DNA of 64,000 nucleotides from an uncultured Calditrichaceae bacterium. GTDB lineage: Bacteria; Calditrichota; Calditrichia; Calditrichales; Calditrichaceae. The notes beneath the pieces were generated by a model. The model did not search any database and was not told where the DNA came from. It saw only the letters and a list, made by a program, of their open reading frames with translations. Position numbers and translations under genes: made by a program. How positions within the stretch are numbered: the first letter of the stretch is position 1; each line of letters starts with the position of its first letter. Where the stretch lies: NCBI GenBank assembly GCA_964536685.1, contig CAZIBE010000001.1, positions 62,310 to 126,309 on the forward strand, given 5' to 3'. Positions 37,301 through 46,103 of this stretch are shown piece by piece.

Positions 37301-40300
37301 GTTGATTTGCGCGTTCTGCTTAAATGCAGCTTTTTAGCAACGGCCAAAAGCTTGCCGTCTTCGCCGAAAAATTGCAGATCGGCGCTCAAACTGTTTTGAT
37401 CAGATAAATGGCTGTTTAGAGTAATATGAGCCCACAGCGGCTGAGTGGGCTCTTCAAATAAAACAAACTCTTCCATTCCGTCGGGCAGATAGATAAATTG
37501 TTCTGCCTGATTCTGTAAATTGCGGGGCAAAATGGCGGCCAACAACTGAAAACCGGCGTCCAACAGAGCCGGATGGAAATGGTAAAAAGTATTTGTTGTT
37601 TGCGCTTTTTCCGGCAGTTCGATTTTTCCCAGCGCTTCGCCCTGTCCGCTGTGAATTTCCCGCAGGGACCGAAAAACCGGACCATAATTGAAACCTTGTC
37701 CGTTCAACTCGGCATAGAAGGGTTCCGCTTTGATAGTTTCCGTGCAGCGCGTTAAAATTTCTTCGGGGCTTTCCGTGGAATTTTCCGTCGTTTGATCGCT
37801 CGTAAGCACATGCGCGCTGGCATGAAGAACCCATTCCGAGAAGTGCTCATCCTCATCGCTGTCGGCGTCTGTAAATTGGCTGTAAATTTTAATTTTCAGC
37901 CCGTCTGCGTCGTTTTCTGCAGGAGTAAGTATGGTTTGCAGGCTGCCTATTCCTTCTTCCGGCAGCTTGAGAGGCGCGTTGATTTTAAAATCTCTCAGCA
38001 CGGACAAATGCTCTCCGTCATATTCACGGGCGGCGGCCAGACACATCTCGATGAAACCGGTAGCAGGCAAAAGCGCCATATTCATAATGCGATGGTCGGA
38101 TAATTCCTGCACGGATTTCATGGAAATAAACGCTTCGAATACGCTGTTTTTTAACGCCGGAGACTGTAGGCGACGTCCCAGTAAGCGGTGACGGACGTAC
38201 TTAAAGGCAGCGGGCAGACCGGCCATGGAAACGCTTTCCGGCGTTTCTTCCGCATCTTCGAACCAGTAGCGTTTGCGCTGGAAAGGATAGCCCGGCAGGG
38301 GGAGGAGGTTACGGTTGTACTCTTTATCGAAGGCTTCCCAGTTTATGGAGGCATTATTGACAAAAAGCGCGGCCACACTGTTTAACAGCACCGGCCAATC
38401 CTCTTTTTTACGGTTTAACGAAGGCAGCCAAACGGCTTCTGATTCCGGCAAGCAATGGCGACCCATGCCTAAAAGGGTTGGATGCGGGCCGGTTTCAAGG
38501 AAAATATCGACATTTTCAGCGGATAGGGTTTTCATGCCGTCATCGAACAACACAGCCTGACGGATATGCGCGCGCCAGTAAGCCGCGTCGGGAATCTGAA
38601 GGTCGTCTAATAATTTACCGCTCAGATTGGAAACGATGGGAATTTGCGGAAGGCGGTAGTCGACCTCTTTGGCGATGGTTTCGAATTCATCCAAAATGGG
38701 ATCCATTAAGGGCGAATGAAAGGCGTGCGATACGGTAAGATAGGTTACTTTTATGTTTTGTCCTTCGAATTGCCCGGCTACCTGCCGCACGGCTGCCTTT
38801 TCGCCGGAGATGACCGTATTGCTGGGACCGTTCACGCCGGCAAGAGAAATTTTGTCTTCCAGGCCGGACAGAGCCTTTTCCACTTCGCTGCGCTGGGCGA
38901 AAATGGCCGCCATAGCGCCGTTTTGCGGTAAGGATTGCATCAGCCGTCCGCGGGCGGAAATCAATTTCATGCCTTCTTCCAAGCTAAAAACGCCGGAGAT
39001 GACCGCAGCCACATATTCGCCGACACTGTGTCCGATAAGCACATCCGGCTGAACGCCCCATGATTGCCAGAGTTTAGCCAAAGCATATTCAACGGCAAAC
39101 AGGGCCGGCTGCGTGTATTGGGTTTCATTGATCCTGGCGCTGTTTTCATCTTCGGGAAAGATGACGCTTAACAGCGGCTCGGGCAAATATTCGGCCGATA
39201 TAGCGCTGCAGCGATTCATTGCCGCACGGAAAGTGGGCTGTGTTTCGTAGAGGTTTTTGCCCATATTTACATACTGGGCGCCCTGACCGGTAAACAGAAA
39301 GGCAATCTTGGGCGGAGAAGTTCTATTGTTTGTACGAACAAAAATATCCTCATTTTCTTCATTATTTTTTATTGCGGTTAATTTTTCCGACAAATCATTC
39401 AGATCGTGTACCACGGCGGCGGCGCGCTGTTCAAAATGCGTCCGGCGGCTGTTCATGGTATAGCACACATCGCCGATGGAAAGCTGCGGATTCTCGTTAA
39501 AGTAGGAAAAAAGATTTCCGGCGTATTCGCTCAATGCCGCCTCGTTTTTGGCTGAAAGCGTAAATACGTGTTCTTTGCGCTCCGCTGGATTGGCGCGAGC
39601 GGTTTTCTCCGGCGCTTCTTCCAAAATAAGATGGGCGTTTGTGCCGCCAAAACCGAAAGCGCTGATAGCCGCGTAACGTTTCCGATCAGCATGGGGCCAG
39701 GGCAGGTTTTCCGTAACCACTTTGATGGGAACATCGTCCAATTTGATGTAGGGATTAAGCTTTTTAAAATGTAAATGAGACGGAATCTCTTCGTTTTTTA
39801 AAGATAATACGGTTTTAATCAGCCCGGCAACACCCGCGGCGGATTCCAGATGCCCAATATTGGTTTTGACGGAGCCGATGTACAAAGGCTTTTCTTTGGA
39901 ACGTTCCTGCAGCATGGTCTTTTTGATAGATTCGATCTCGATGGGATCGCCCAAAGGCGTGCCCGTGCCGTGTGTTTCCAGATACTGGATTTCATCCGGA
40001 GCCAGATCGGCGTTTTCCAGAGCGTCGTTAATCACCGCTTGCTGGGCTAAACTGTTTGGCGCGGTGAGGCCGTTGCTGCGGCCATCCTGATTTACCGCGG
40101 AACCGCGGATTACCGCCAAAATATTATCGCCGTCCTTAACGGCTTCCGAAAGGCGTTTAAGCACAACCAGACCGGCGCCTTCGCCGCGGCCGTAACCGTC
40201 GGCGCTGGCGTCAAACGTTTTGCAGCGGCCGTCGGCGGACATCATGCGCGCCTGTGAAAAGGTGATAGTTACTTCTGGAGAGAGAATCAGATTTACGCCT

Positions 40301-43116
40301 CCGGCCAAAGCCAGATCGCAGTCGCCGTCCCGTAAACTCTGACAGGCGTTGTGCACGGAAACCAGCGAAGATGAGCAGGCGGTGTCGATGGACATGCTGG
40401 GTCCGTGAAAATTGTAAAAATAAGATATTCGGTTCGAGGCGATACTAAAGGCATTGCCTGTGCCGGAATAAGGATTAAGGCTGGCAATGGCTCCCATTTG
40501 CAGGCGTGAGTAATCGTTGGAACTGATGCCGATAAAAACGCCGGTGCGCGTGTCGGCTACTTTTTCGTAAGGTAAACCGGCCGATTCCAGAGCTTCCCAA
40601 CTCACTTCCAGCAGCAGCCGCTGCTGGGGATCGACCTGTCCGGCTTCGCGGGGCGAGATGCCGAAAAAATCGGCGTCGAACATATCCACCTGATCGACAA
40701 ATCCGCCTTCTTTGGTAATCATTTTACCCGGTTTGGCCGGATCGGGGTCGTAATAGCGATCGGCGTCCCAGCGATTGGGCGGCACTTCGCTGATGCCGTC
40801 CACGCCGTTCTTGAGCAGCTGCCAGAACTCCCTTGTATTGTTTGCTCCGGGGAAGCGGGAACCCAAACCGATGATGGCAATCGGTTCGTATTCGGCCGTG
40901 CGCTTACGGCTAACGCGTGCGGTTGGAGCAACGCCCGTTTCTTCGCTGGCTAAATAAAAGGCTAAAGCTTCGATGGTGGGGTAGTCCCAGATGAGCGTAG
41001 GCGGCAAAGTACGGTTCAGCCACTCTTCCAAATCGCCGGCCAGGCCTACGGCCTGCGCCGAATCGAGGCCAAAGCTGGCAAACGGTTGATGGAGATCGAT
41101 TTCCTTCGCCGGCATACCCAGGCTTGCCGAAAGCTGATCTACCAGCCATTTTTCGATTGCTTTTACCTGCTCGCTTTTGGCGGCCAGCGCTGCAGGAGGC
41201 GGAGCGACTGTTTGTTCTTCTTCTGTTTTCGGCGGGACGGTTAAATCGCTGCCGGCCATTTGCCACCGGGCAACCACGGCCAACTTCTCATCCAGATAGG
41301 CCGATTTCGTAGCGCGGCGCATGATTTTGCCGCTGGAGGTTTTTAAAATCGAACGGGCTTTAATCAACACAACCGCAGACGTTTGTAAATCGTGATTCAG
41401 TGTTACGGCCTGACGAATGGCGTCGATGATTTCGTCAAAGGGCAGGTTTTTACTTTGCCGGACTTCGGCGACCACTACCAACTGTTCAGTGGCTCCTTCG
41501 TCGATGGTAAAAGCGGCGCTGCAACCTTTGCGCAAAGCCGGATGGGATTCTTCAACGGTTAATTCAATATCTTGCGGGTAATGATTAGTACCCCGGACGA
41601 TAATCAGATCTTTCACGCGGCCGGCAACAAACAAATTGTCGTCTATTATAAAACCCAAATCCCCGGTGCGCAGGTACGGGCCGTCGCCGCTGTCTGCCAG
41701 ATAATTCTGAAAGGTCTCTTTGGTCGCTTCTTCCCGCTTATAGTAACCGCGGGAGACGCTGGGACCTTTAACCCATATTTCACCGATGTCGCCGGGTTTA
41801 CATTCTAAAAAGGTCTCGGTATTGACGATGATGGTTTTTTGCCCTTTGGGATTGTGACCGGAACTGACCAGTGTTTGGCTGTTGGGGTCGTCCTCAGGAA
41901 CTTTGATTACACTATTCTTTTTAAGGGCCGCTTTATCAACCGTGAGCGTTACCGGCGGTTTGTATAGTTCGGACCCGGTTACCAGCAGAGTAGCCTCGGC
42001 CAAACCGTACGCCGGAAAGAAGGCCTCTTTGCGAAAACCGGCTGGTTTAAAGACCTCGGAAAAACGTTCGATGGTCTGAGCGCGCACCGGTTCGGCTCCG
42101 CTCAGCGCCATTTCCCAGCGGCTTAAATCCAATTGAGCGATTTTTTCCGGCGTAGCTTTTTTGACGCAGAGATCATAAGCAAAATTAGGCGCCGCCGAGC
42201 CGGCCACAAATTCTTCGGGAAGGCGGCTGATAGCATTTAGCCAGCGCAGGGGGCGCTGCAAAAAGGCAATGGGCGACATGAGTAAACTGGGGCAGCCGGA
42301 ATACAGCGGCTGTAAAACCCCGCCGATTAAACCCATGTCGTGATAAATAGGCAACCAAAATACTCCGACGGTGTTCTTCTTGTAGCCCAGTTCTTCGTAA
42401 ATAATTTTGGAATTGGCTAATAAGTTGCTGTGTGTTAAAATAACGCCTTTGGGATTGCCGGTGGAGCCGGAAGTATACTGTAAAAATGAAATGGTTTCCG
42501 AATCAATACGCGGTTCTTTCCAGCCTTCCGCTAAGCCCGAAGCGATGCCGTCGGTGGAAAGCCATTGCAAATCTCCTAATTCCCTGGATTCGGCCACGGC
42601 GCGTCTGCCGGAGGAGAAGTATTTCATAGATGTTTGAAACTTGCGCATAAAGGGCACTTTTTCCAGAGCGCTGGTTAACTTGTTGCCAAGCTTCAGCATT
42701 TGGATCATGTACAAAATGGAATCCGAAGTCAGGGCCACGGTTGCGCCGGCGTCGTTAACGATGGCCTGCAAGCGGGGCAGGGAACGGTTTAGGCGATTGG
42801 GATCGGGCGGATAAGCCGGTACGGCGATCACGCCGGCATACAGACAGCCAAAAAAACCGCTGATGTAGTCCAATCCCGGCGGATAGAGCAGTAAAGCCCG
42901 TTCGCCAGTTAGTCCCTTGCTCATTAATGAAGCGGCAATAGCTCGCGCGCGCCGATCCAACTCGCCATAAGAAAGGCGAATTTCTTTCTTTTCGCCGTCT
43001 TTGAGATATGTGTATGCAATTTTATCCGGTTCGGTGAGCGCTCGCCAGCGTAGTAACTGCACCAGGGTTGCAGGAGAAAAATTAGGATCTGTGTAATCAA
43101 TCTGTTTTTTGGACAT
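34321..43116 (-). CDS. Loading/first extension PKS: FAAL-ACP-KS-AT-DH-ER-KR-ACP
   Basis: ORF track, 2931 aa. The N-terminal adenylating domain has no preceding C domain: LSYGELDRRARAIAASL, FLQYTSGSTGNPKGV, YLRTGDLGF, KTSSGKIMRR. ACP: FGLDSAQAV. KS: EPIAIIGLGSRFPG, DTACSSSLV, ETHGTGTPLGDP, KTNIGHLESAAG. AT: FLFTGQGAQY, GHSVGEY, SHAFHS. DH: HRLLGRRLQSP, GFNYGPVF, HPALLDAGFQ. ER: LNFRDV, HVASGGVGQAAIQLA. KR: YLITGGAGALG, HAAGVLDD, NYAAANAFLD. ACP: MGLDSLMAIEMKN. Long acidic C-terminal tail. Confidence 0.95.
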   Translation of the reverse strand: MSKKQIDYTDPNFSPATLVQLLRWRALTEPDKIAYTYLKDGEKKEIRLSYGELDRRARAIAASLMSKGLTGERALLLYPPGLDYISGFFGCLYAGVIAVPAYPPDPNRLNRSLPRLQAIVNDAGATVALTSDSILYMIQMLKLGNKLTSALEKVPFMRKFQTSMKYFSSGRRAVAESRELGDLQWLSTDGIASGLAEGWKEPRIDSETISFLQYTSGSTGNPKGVILTHSNLLANSKIIYEELGYKKNTVGVFWLPIYHDMGLIGGVLQPLYSGCPSLLMSPIAFLQRPLRWLNAISRLPEEFVAGSAAPNFAYDLCVKKATPEKIAQLDLSRWEMALSGAEPVRAQTIERFSEVFKPAGFRKEAFFPAYGLAEATLLVTGSELYKPPVTLTVDKAALKKNSVIKVPEDDPNSQTLVSSGHNPKGQKTIIVNTETFLECKPGDIGEIWVKGPSVSRGYYKREEATKETFQNYLADSGDGPYLRTGDLGFIIDDNLFVAGRVKDLIIVRGTNHYPQDIELTVEESHPALRKGCSAAFTIDEGATEQLVVVAEVRQSKNLPFDEIIDAIRQAVTLNHDLQTSAVVLIKARSILKTSSGKIMRRATKSAYLDEKLAVVARWQMAGSDLTVPPKTEEEQTVAPPPAALAAKSEQVKAIEKWLVDQLSASLGMPAKEIDLHQPFASFGLDSAQAVGLAGDLEEWLNRTLPPTLIWDYPTIEALAFYLASEETGVAPTARVSRKRTAEYEPIAIIGLGSRFPGANNTREFWQLLKNGVDGISEVPPNRWDADRYYDPDPAKPGKMITKEGGFVDQVDMFDADFFGISPREAGQVDPQQRLLLEVSWEALESAGLPYEKVADTRTGVFIGISSNDYSRLQMGAIASLNPYSGTGNAFSIASNRISYFYNFHGPSMSIDTACSSSLVSVHNACQSLRDGDCDLALAGGVNLILSPEVTITFSQARMMSADGRCKTFDASADGYGRGEGAGLVVLKRLSEAVKDGDNILAVIRGSAVNQDGRSNGLTAPNSLAQQAVINDALENADLAPDEIQYLETHGTGTPLGDPIEIESIKKTMLQERSKEKPLYIGSVKTNIGHLESAAGVAGLIKTVLSLKNEEIPSHLHFKKLNPYIKLDDVPIKVVTENLPWPHADRKRYAAISAFGFGGTNAHLILEEAPEKTARANPAERKEHVFTLSAKNEAALSEYAGNLFSYFNENPQLSIGDVCYTMNSRRTHFEQRAAAVVHDLNDLSEKLTAIKNNEENEDIFVRTNNRTSPPKIAFLFTGQGAQYVNMGKNLYETQPTFRAAMNRCSAISAEYLPEPLLSVIFPEDENSARINETQYTQPALFAVEYALAKLWQSWGVQPDVLIGHSVGEYVAAVISGVFSLEEGMKLISARGRLMQSLPQNGAMAAIFAQRSEVEKALSGLEDKISLAGVNGPSNTVISGEKAAVRQVAGQFEGQNIKVTYLTVSHAFHSPLMDPILDEFETIAKEVDYRLPQIPIVSNLSGKLLDDLQIPDAAYWRAHIRQAVLFDDGMKTLSAENVDIFLETGPHPTLLGMGRHCLPESEAVWLPSLNRKKEDWPVLLNSVAALFVNNASINWEAFDKEYNRNLLPLPGYPFQRKRYWFEDAEETPESVSMAGLPAAFKYVRHRLLGRRLQSPALKNSVFEAFISMKSVQELSDHRIMNMALLPATGFIEMCLAAAREYDGEHLSVLRDFKINAPLKLPEEGIGSLQTILTPAENDADGLKIKIYSQFTDADSDEDEHFSEWVLHASAHVLTSDQTTENSTESPEEILTRCTETIKAEPFYAELNGQGFNYGPVFRSLREIHSGQGEALGKIELPEKAQTTNTFYHFHPALLDAGFQLLAAILPRNLQNQAEQFIYLPDGMEEFVLFEEPTQPLWAHITLNSHLSDQNSLSADLQFFGEDGKLLAVAKKLHLSRTRKSTLMALLDSESSKWLYRLQWESQAPSAEKVDLSGRWLLFMDETQQGRLLKEEIEKNSGSVITVLPAEQFAREEQSWKIRADFTEDYRRLLSEIEQETSEPLRGIVHLWSIAAQAQDDWSADKLMEAQKFSTESVLYLLQTLAAPGRSNMPRLWLVTNQSQMVHAGDRPNPANAPLWGLGKVIVLDHPDVSCVRVDINLQKADGLWPALAAELAESGQEDQVALRANQRFVARLTQVNDDLSAAQQTSEQLVIEQKGMLDNLQMKPMQRIPPGTGQVEIRVQATGLNFRDVLNALDLYPGDPGPLGGECAGAVVAVGPEVTHLQVGDEVIAIAAGSFADYVTTYADLAVKKPQNISFAEAATIPITFLTAYYALYRLANLDEGERVFIHVASGGVGQAAIQLAKLKNAEIFATAGSDEKRAFLRNQGIKHVMNSRSLDFADEVMQITNGEGVNVLLNSLTDDYIPKGLSILQTGGRFLEIGKVGIWDAEKMQAKRPDVAYHAIALDDLSKEQPELIQSMFRELMELFASGRLQPLPLRTYAIEDALSAFRYMQQAKHIGKVVITQDVSKNEVQVPSLSIRPEAVYLITGGAGALGLTVAEWLVRNGAKHIALTGRHEPQGNALERINTLKQKGAQVSFKTADVSDFEQVNALIKTYGSQNGNALGGIIHAAGVLDDGHLLQQTRERFQKVFRPKMHGAWNLHRATAGMDLDFVVYFSSMASLLGSPGQGNYAAANAFLDSLAQYRATLKQPAVSINWGPWSGSGMAADTDPALKRFRNGLGAILPEQGLALLDKILQTSEVNMAVLPIRWKAFLKRFEGFDVPAVLRNFSVSQGAQPAAEAEKPELVLQLEEAEPENRRQIITGFLRKRTAKILGLENDSSLDIKKPLSEMGLDSLMAIEMKNALDRAIGKKLPATMVFNYPTIEALTGYLLTDVLSFGSGTEEPEEEAKESKEDQLDKTIDEIENLSDEEAEALLLQKLEEDMDDSGESDEDIL
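41270..43116 (-). other. Fatty acyl-AMP ligase (FAAL)-type starter adenylation domain
   Basis: The N-terminus (TLVQLLRWRALTEPDKIAYTYLKDGEKKEIRLSYGELDRRARAIAASL) and cores (YTSGSTGNPKGV, GLAEAT, YLRTGDLGF, GRVKDLIIVRGTNHYPQDIE, SSGKIMRR) are typical of FAAL/FadD32-like loading domains. It is followed directly by an ACP rather than being CoA-dependent. The FAAL-specific insertion was not verified. Confidence 0.7.
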
Positions 43117-43118
43117 AA

Positions 43119-43874
43119 CTAACTCTTGTTGGTTAAATCAGTAGTTTTTTTGATTAACTGTTGCCAAGACTGGCCGTGCCGTGTTTTAAAAGAGCGGCTA
43201 AAAGCGGAAATATTTTTGTAGTCCAGTACGTCAAATATTTCTTTTGGTTTCAAGTTTCGCTGGAAGAGCAATTCGCTTTCATAATGGTACAAAACTTTTT
43301 GTTTGAAATTGCGGAAGCTCATTAAAAATGCCTTTCTGAATTCCGCCCGAAAATGACTTTCAGAAATATTTAAATAATCGGCTATATGATTAGAAGTGAA
43401 ATTCTTTACCGGATGTGTCTCGATAAGATTAATAATCATCTGGTCGCGGGAAGAGAGGGGAAAGGCTTTTTCCGGAATGATGTTCAGCGGGATACGTTTC
43501 CAGTGATTCTGCCAGAGCTCGCGCAACACTTTGATGAGATGAAACTGACGGGCGTCGCCGATAACGCAGTAATCCACTCCGGCCAGATATAAATGGGCGA
43601 ATTCTTCGCTTTTCATCTGCGAATTGTAGAAAATAATCCGGACCAGAGGAAAAGTGCGGCGCAAAGCGGAAAGTTGTTTTAGGGAAGATTCATGAAGGTC
43701 CTGCGAATAGAGAACAAAGTAAAAATCCGATTCGGCAACGAAGTGGATGAGAGCCTCAGGAGAGGAGTGGTTGTTGCCGGAAAAGGATATAGTCCAGCCC
43801 TGTAATTGGTTTAAAACTTCCTCTTTTTCTATAAAGGAAGTTTCGGAGTTGTCAACTACCAGCAGATTAGACAA
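43119..43874 (-). CDS. Transcriptional regulator: N-terminal receiver-like domain plus C-terminal AraC/XylS-type HTH
   Basis: ORF track, 251 aa. The C-terminus reads NHIADYLNISESHFRAEFRKAFLMSFRNFKQKVLYHYESELLF...PKEIFDVLDYKNISAFSRSFKTRHGQSW, the two-HTH AraC pattern. The N-terminus LLVVDNSE...YFVLYSQDLHE...VRIIFYNS resembles a CheY-like fold with atypical acidic-pocket residues. TTG start at 43874-43872. Its stop lies 2 nt before the FAAL-PKS start. Confidence 0.8.
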   Translation of the reverse strand: MSNLLVVDNSETSFIEKEEVLNQLQGWTISFSGNNHSSPEALIHFVAESDFYFVLYSQDLHESSLKQLSALRRTFPLVRIIFYNSQMKSEEFAHLYLAGVDYCVIGDARQFHLIKVLRELWQNHWKRIPLNIIPEKAFPLSSRDQMIINLIETHPVKNFTSNHIADYLNISESHFRAEFRKAFLMSFRNFKQKVLYHYESELLFQRNLKPKEIFDVLDYKNISAFSRSFKTRHGQSWQQLIKKTTDLTNKS

Positions 43875-43879
43875 TATAT

Positions 43880-43886
43880 TCCTCCT
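43880..43886 (-). promoter_or_regulatory. Shine-Dalgarno AGGAGGA for the regulator gene
   Basis: Plus-strand TCCTCCT at 43880-43886 is AGGAGGA on the minus strand, 5 nt upstream of the TTG start. Confidence 0.6.
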
Positions 43887-44562
43887 TGAAAAATACTTTT
43901 CCGCTGATCTTCACAATCTGTTTTTCCTTGTCTGAATACCGTCGAAGTTTCATACATTTAGGATAGAAAACAAGCTCTAATTAAGAAAAATCTATACCTT
44001 ACTTACCGATAGTGGTATTTAAAAAAAAACGGAAAATTCCATTGTGATTTAAGTCACGCCTGATTTTATTTGTTTTGCACTCGTTAAAATTGTTAAAATA
44101 GACGATGCATTAGTTTTACTTTACGACGCTATGATAATAATTTTAAGCGGACGGTTAATCACTTGCAATATTTCATGATTGTGAAAGAACAAATTGTTTA
44201 AATTTCTTTGAAAAAGATTCGGCAGAAAAGGCTAAAACCTAAGGGCAACAGTTAACTTACTTTAGCGATTCACTGCTGCTGTGAATGCCTTTTTAATATT
44301 GGTATGGACTGGATTCTACCAAAGTGTAGCATAGAGCCGGAATACAGTGTTAATGCCAGGGCGGAGAAAAAGAATCTTGTTTTGCTCAGGTAAAAACCGA
44401 ATCGTTTTAATAAATAAATATAACCCCGTATTCTTTGATTACCGCAGGTAAAAATCACAATTTACCTGTTGCGCGTATAAATTACTGCGAGTGTGCAAAA
44501 ATCGCCACAAGAATTTAGCAAAGTTGTACATTTTTTCGTCTGTTGTTAACCTGCTATTTTTC

Positions 44563-44591
44563 TTGCCATTAATAGAAAAGAAAACTATATT
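44563..44591 (+). promoter_or_regulatory. Candidate sigma-70-type promoter for gltX (TTGCCA-17 nt-TATATT)
   Basis: TTGCCA at 44563-44568 and TATATT at 44586-44591 with a 17-nt spacer, ~49 nt upstream of the GTG start at 44640. Sequence match only. Confidence 0.35.
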
Positions 44592-44639
44592 AGATAATAT
44601 TTCTGGTTTAGTTCATCTCTAAAATGTGAAAAGTTAGTA

Positions 44640-46103
44640 GTGGGAGATATATTGAGTCCCGTTTATCGTTTTGCGCCAAGTCCGACCGGTTATTTACATA
44701 TCGGCGGGGCACGCACGGCTGTTTTTAACTGGCTTCTGGCTCGAAAATCAAACGGGAAATTTTTGTTGCGTATCGAAGATACCGACCGCAAGCGGTCAAC
44801 TTCTGCTGCCATACGGCAAATTCAGGACAGTTTAGAATGGTTGGGATTAGATTGGGATGACGGCGTTTATTTTCAAAGCAGGCATATTGAACGGCACCGA
44901 CAAATTGCTTCCTTATTATTAGAGCGGGGGAAAGCCTACCGCTGTTTTTGCACCAAAGAAGAACTGGAAGAAAAACGCAAAAAGGCGGAGCAACTAAAAA
45001 TAAACCAGCGCTACGATGGAACCTGCCGCCGGCTCTCTGAAGACGAAATCCAGGCTAATCTCAAAGCGGGAAAACCCTTTGCCATCCGTTTTAAGGTGGC
45101 AGAAGGAGTTGTTGCGTTTGACGATTTAATTCACGGCCCGACTCAAATCAGTAACGACACTTTGGATGATTTTATTATTTTACGCTCCGACAATACGCCG
45201 GTTTACCAGTTGGCGGTCGTGGCCGACGATCACGATATGGGCGTTACCTGTGTTATTCGCGGAGATGATCACATTGCCAATACCAATAAACAAATTTTAA
45301 TTTACCATGCTTTAGGCTGGCCGGTGCCGGATTTTGGCCACGTACCGTTGATTTTAGGCGCCGATAAACAGCGCCTTTCCAAGCGCCACGGAGCTACTTC
45401 TGTGGAAGAATATCAACGACAGGGTATTTTACCCGAAGCGCTGTTTAACTATCTGTGCCTGTTAGGCTGGGCCAGCGGCGGCGACCGCGAGCTATATTCG
45501 CAGGAAGAGTTAATAAAGGCCTTCTCCGTCGAGCGTATTCATCATACGCCGGCGGTCTTTGACGAACAGAAACTGCTGTGGATGAACGGAAAGTATTTAG
45601 CTGCACTAAGCGCGCCGGATTTAATGAACAAGCTGCGAACGCGCTTTGCAGAGCGGGGCTTCCAGGTAAAGCAGGAAGAACAGCACAAGTTTTTTATGCT
45701 GTTAGACCTGCTGAAAATCCGCGCCAAAACGTTGAATGAATTAAGCGCTTTATGTGAGTTTTATTTTAAAGATCCTGAGAATTATGAAGAAAAAGGCGTA
45801 AAAAAACATTTTGCCAAAACAGGAACATATGAGTTGCTGCAGGCATTTGCGCAACTGTTTAATGGTAAAGATCAGCTTCCGGATAGCCCTGATTCCATCG
45901 AAGCGTTTGTACGGAATTTTGCCGAAGCAAAGGGCGTCTCTGCGGCCAAACTGATTCATCCGTTGCGGCTGTCTTTAACCGGTAAAACCGCCAGCCCCGG
46001 TATATTTGAAGTTTTGTATGTGCTGGGCTGGTCTACGGTTGTCAGGCGAATTGCCAACGCTCTGACCTATATAAAAAAAATTAGTGAAACTCATGACAAC
46101 TAA
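44640..46103 (+). CDS. gltX: Glutamyl-tRNA synthetase
   Basis: 487 aa. N-terminus YRFAPSPTGYLHIGGARTAVFNWLLAR (HIGH motif). Also DTDRKRS, IRGDDHIANT and RLSKRHG (KMSKS-equivalent). GTG start as given by the ORF track. Confidence 0.9.
   Translation: MGDILSPVYRFAPSPTGYLHIGGARTAVFNWLLARKSNGKFLLRIEDTDRKRSTSAAIRQIQDSLEWLGLDWDDGVYFQSRHIERHRQIASLLLERGKAYRCFCTKEELEEKRKKAEQLKINQRYDGTCRRLSEDEIQANLKAGKPFAIRFKVAEGVVAFDDLIHGPTQISNDTLDDFIILRSDNTPVYQLAVVADDHDMGVTCVIRGDDHIANTNKQILIYHALGWPVPDFGHVPLILGADKQRLSKRHGATSVEEYQRQGILPEALFNYLCLLGWASGGDRELYSQEELIKAFSVERIHHTPAVFDEQKLLWMNGKYLAALSAPDLMNKLRTRFAERGFQVKQEEQHKFFMLLDLLKIRAKTLNELSALCEFYFKDPENYEEKGVKKHFAKTGTYELLQAFAQLFNGKDQLPDSPDSIEAFVRNFAEAKGVSAAKLIHPLRLSLTGKTASPGIFEVLYVLGWSTVVRRIANALTYIKKISETHDN

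Noticed and set aside
44270-44458. 62-aa minus-strand ORF in the regulator-gltX intergenic region
   Set aside because: It lies in AT-rich promoter-type sequence, with a low-complexity translation, no ribosome-binding site and no motif.
43875-44639. Scanned the 765-nt divergent intergenic region, and all other gaps, for tRNA, rRNA, riboswitch-like or small-ORF features (for example an MbtH-like gene)
   Set aside because: I found no T-loop/GTTCGA-type tRNA signature, no rRNA-like sequence and no MbtH-like NxEGQYSxWP ORF. There are only short hairpins (for example CAGGTAAA...TTTACCTG at 44445-44468) without terminator U-tracts.
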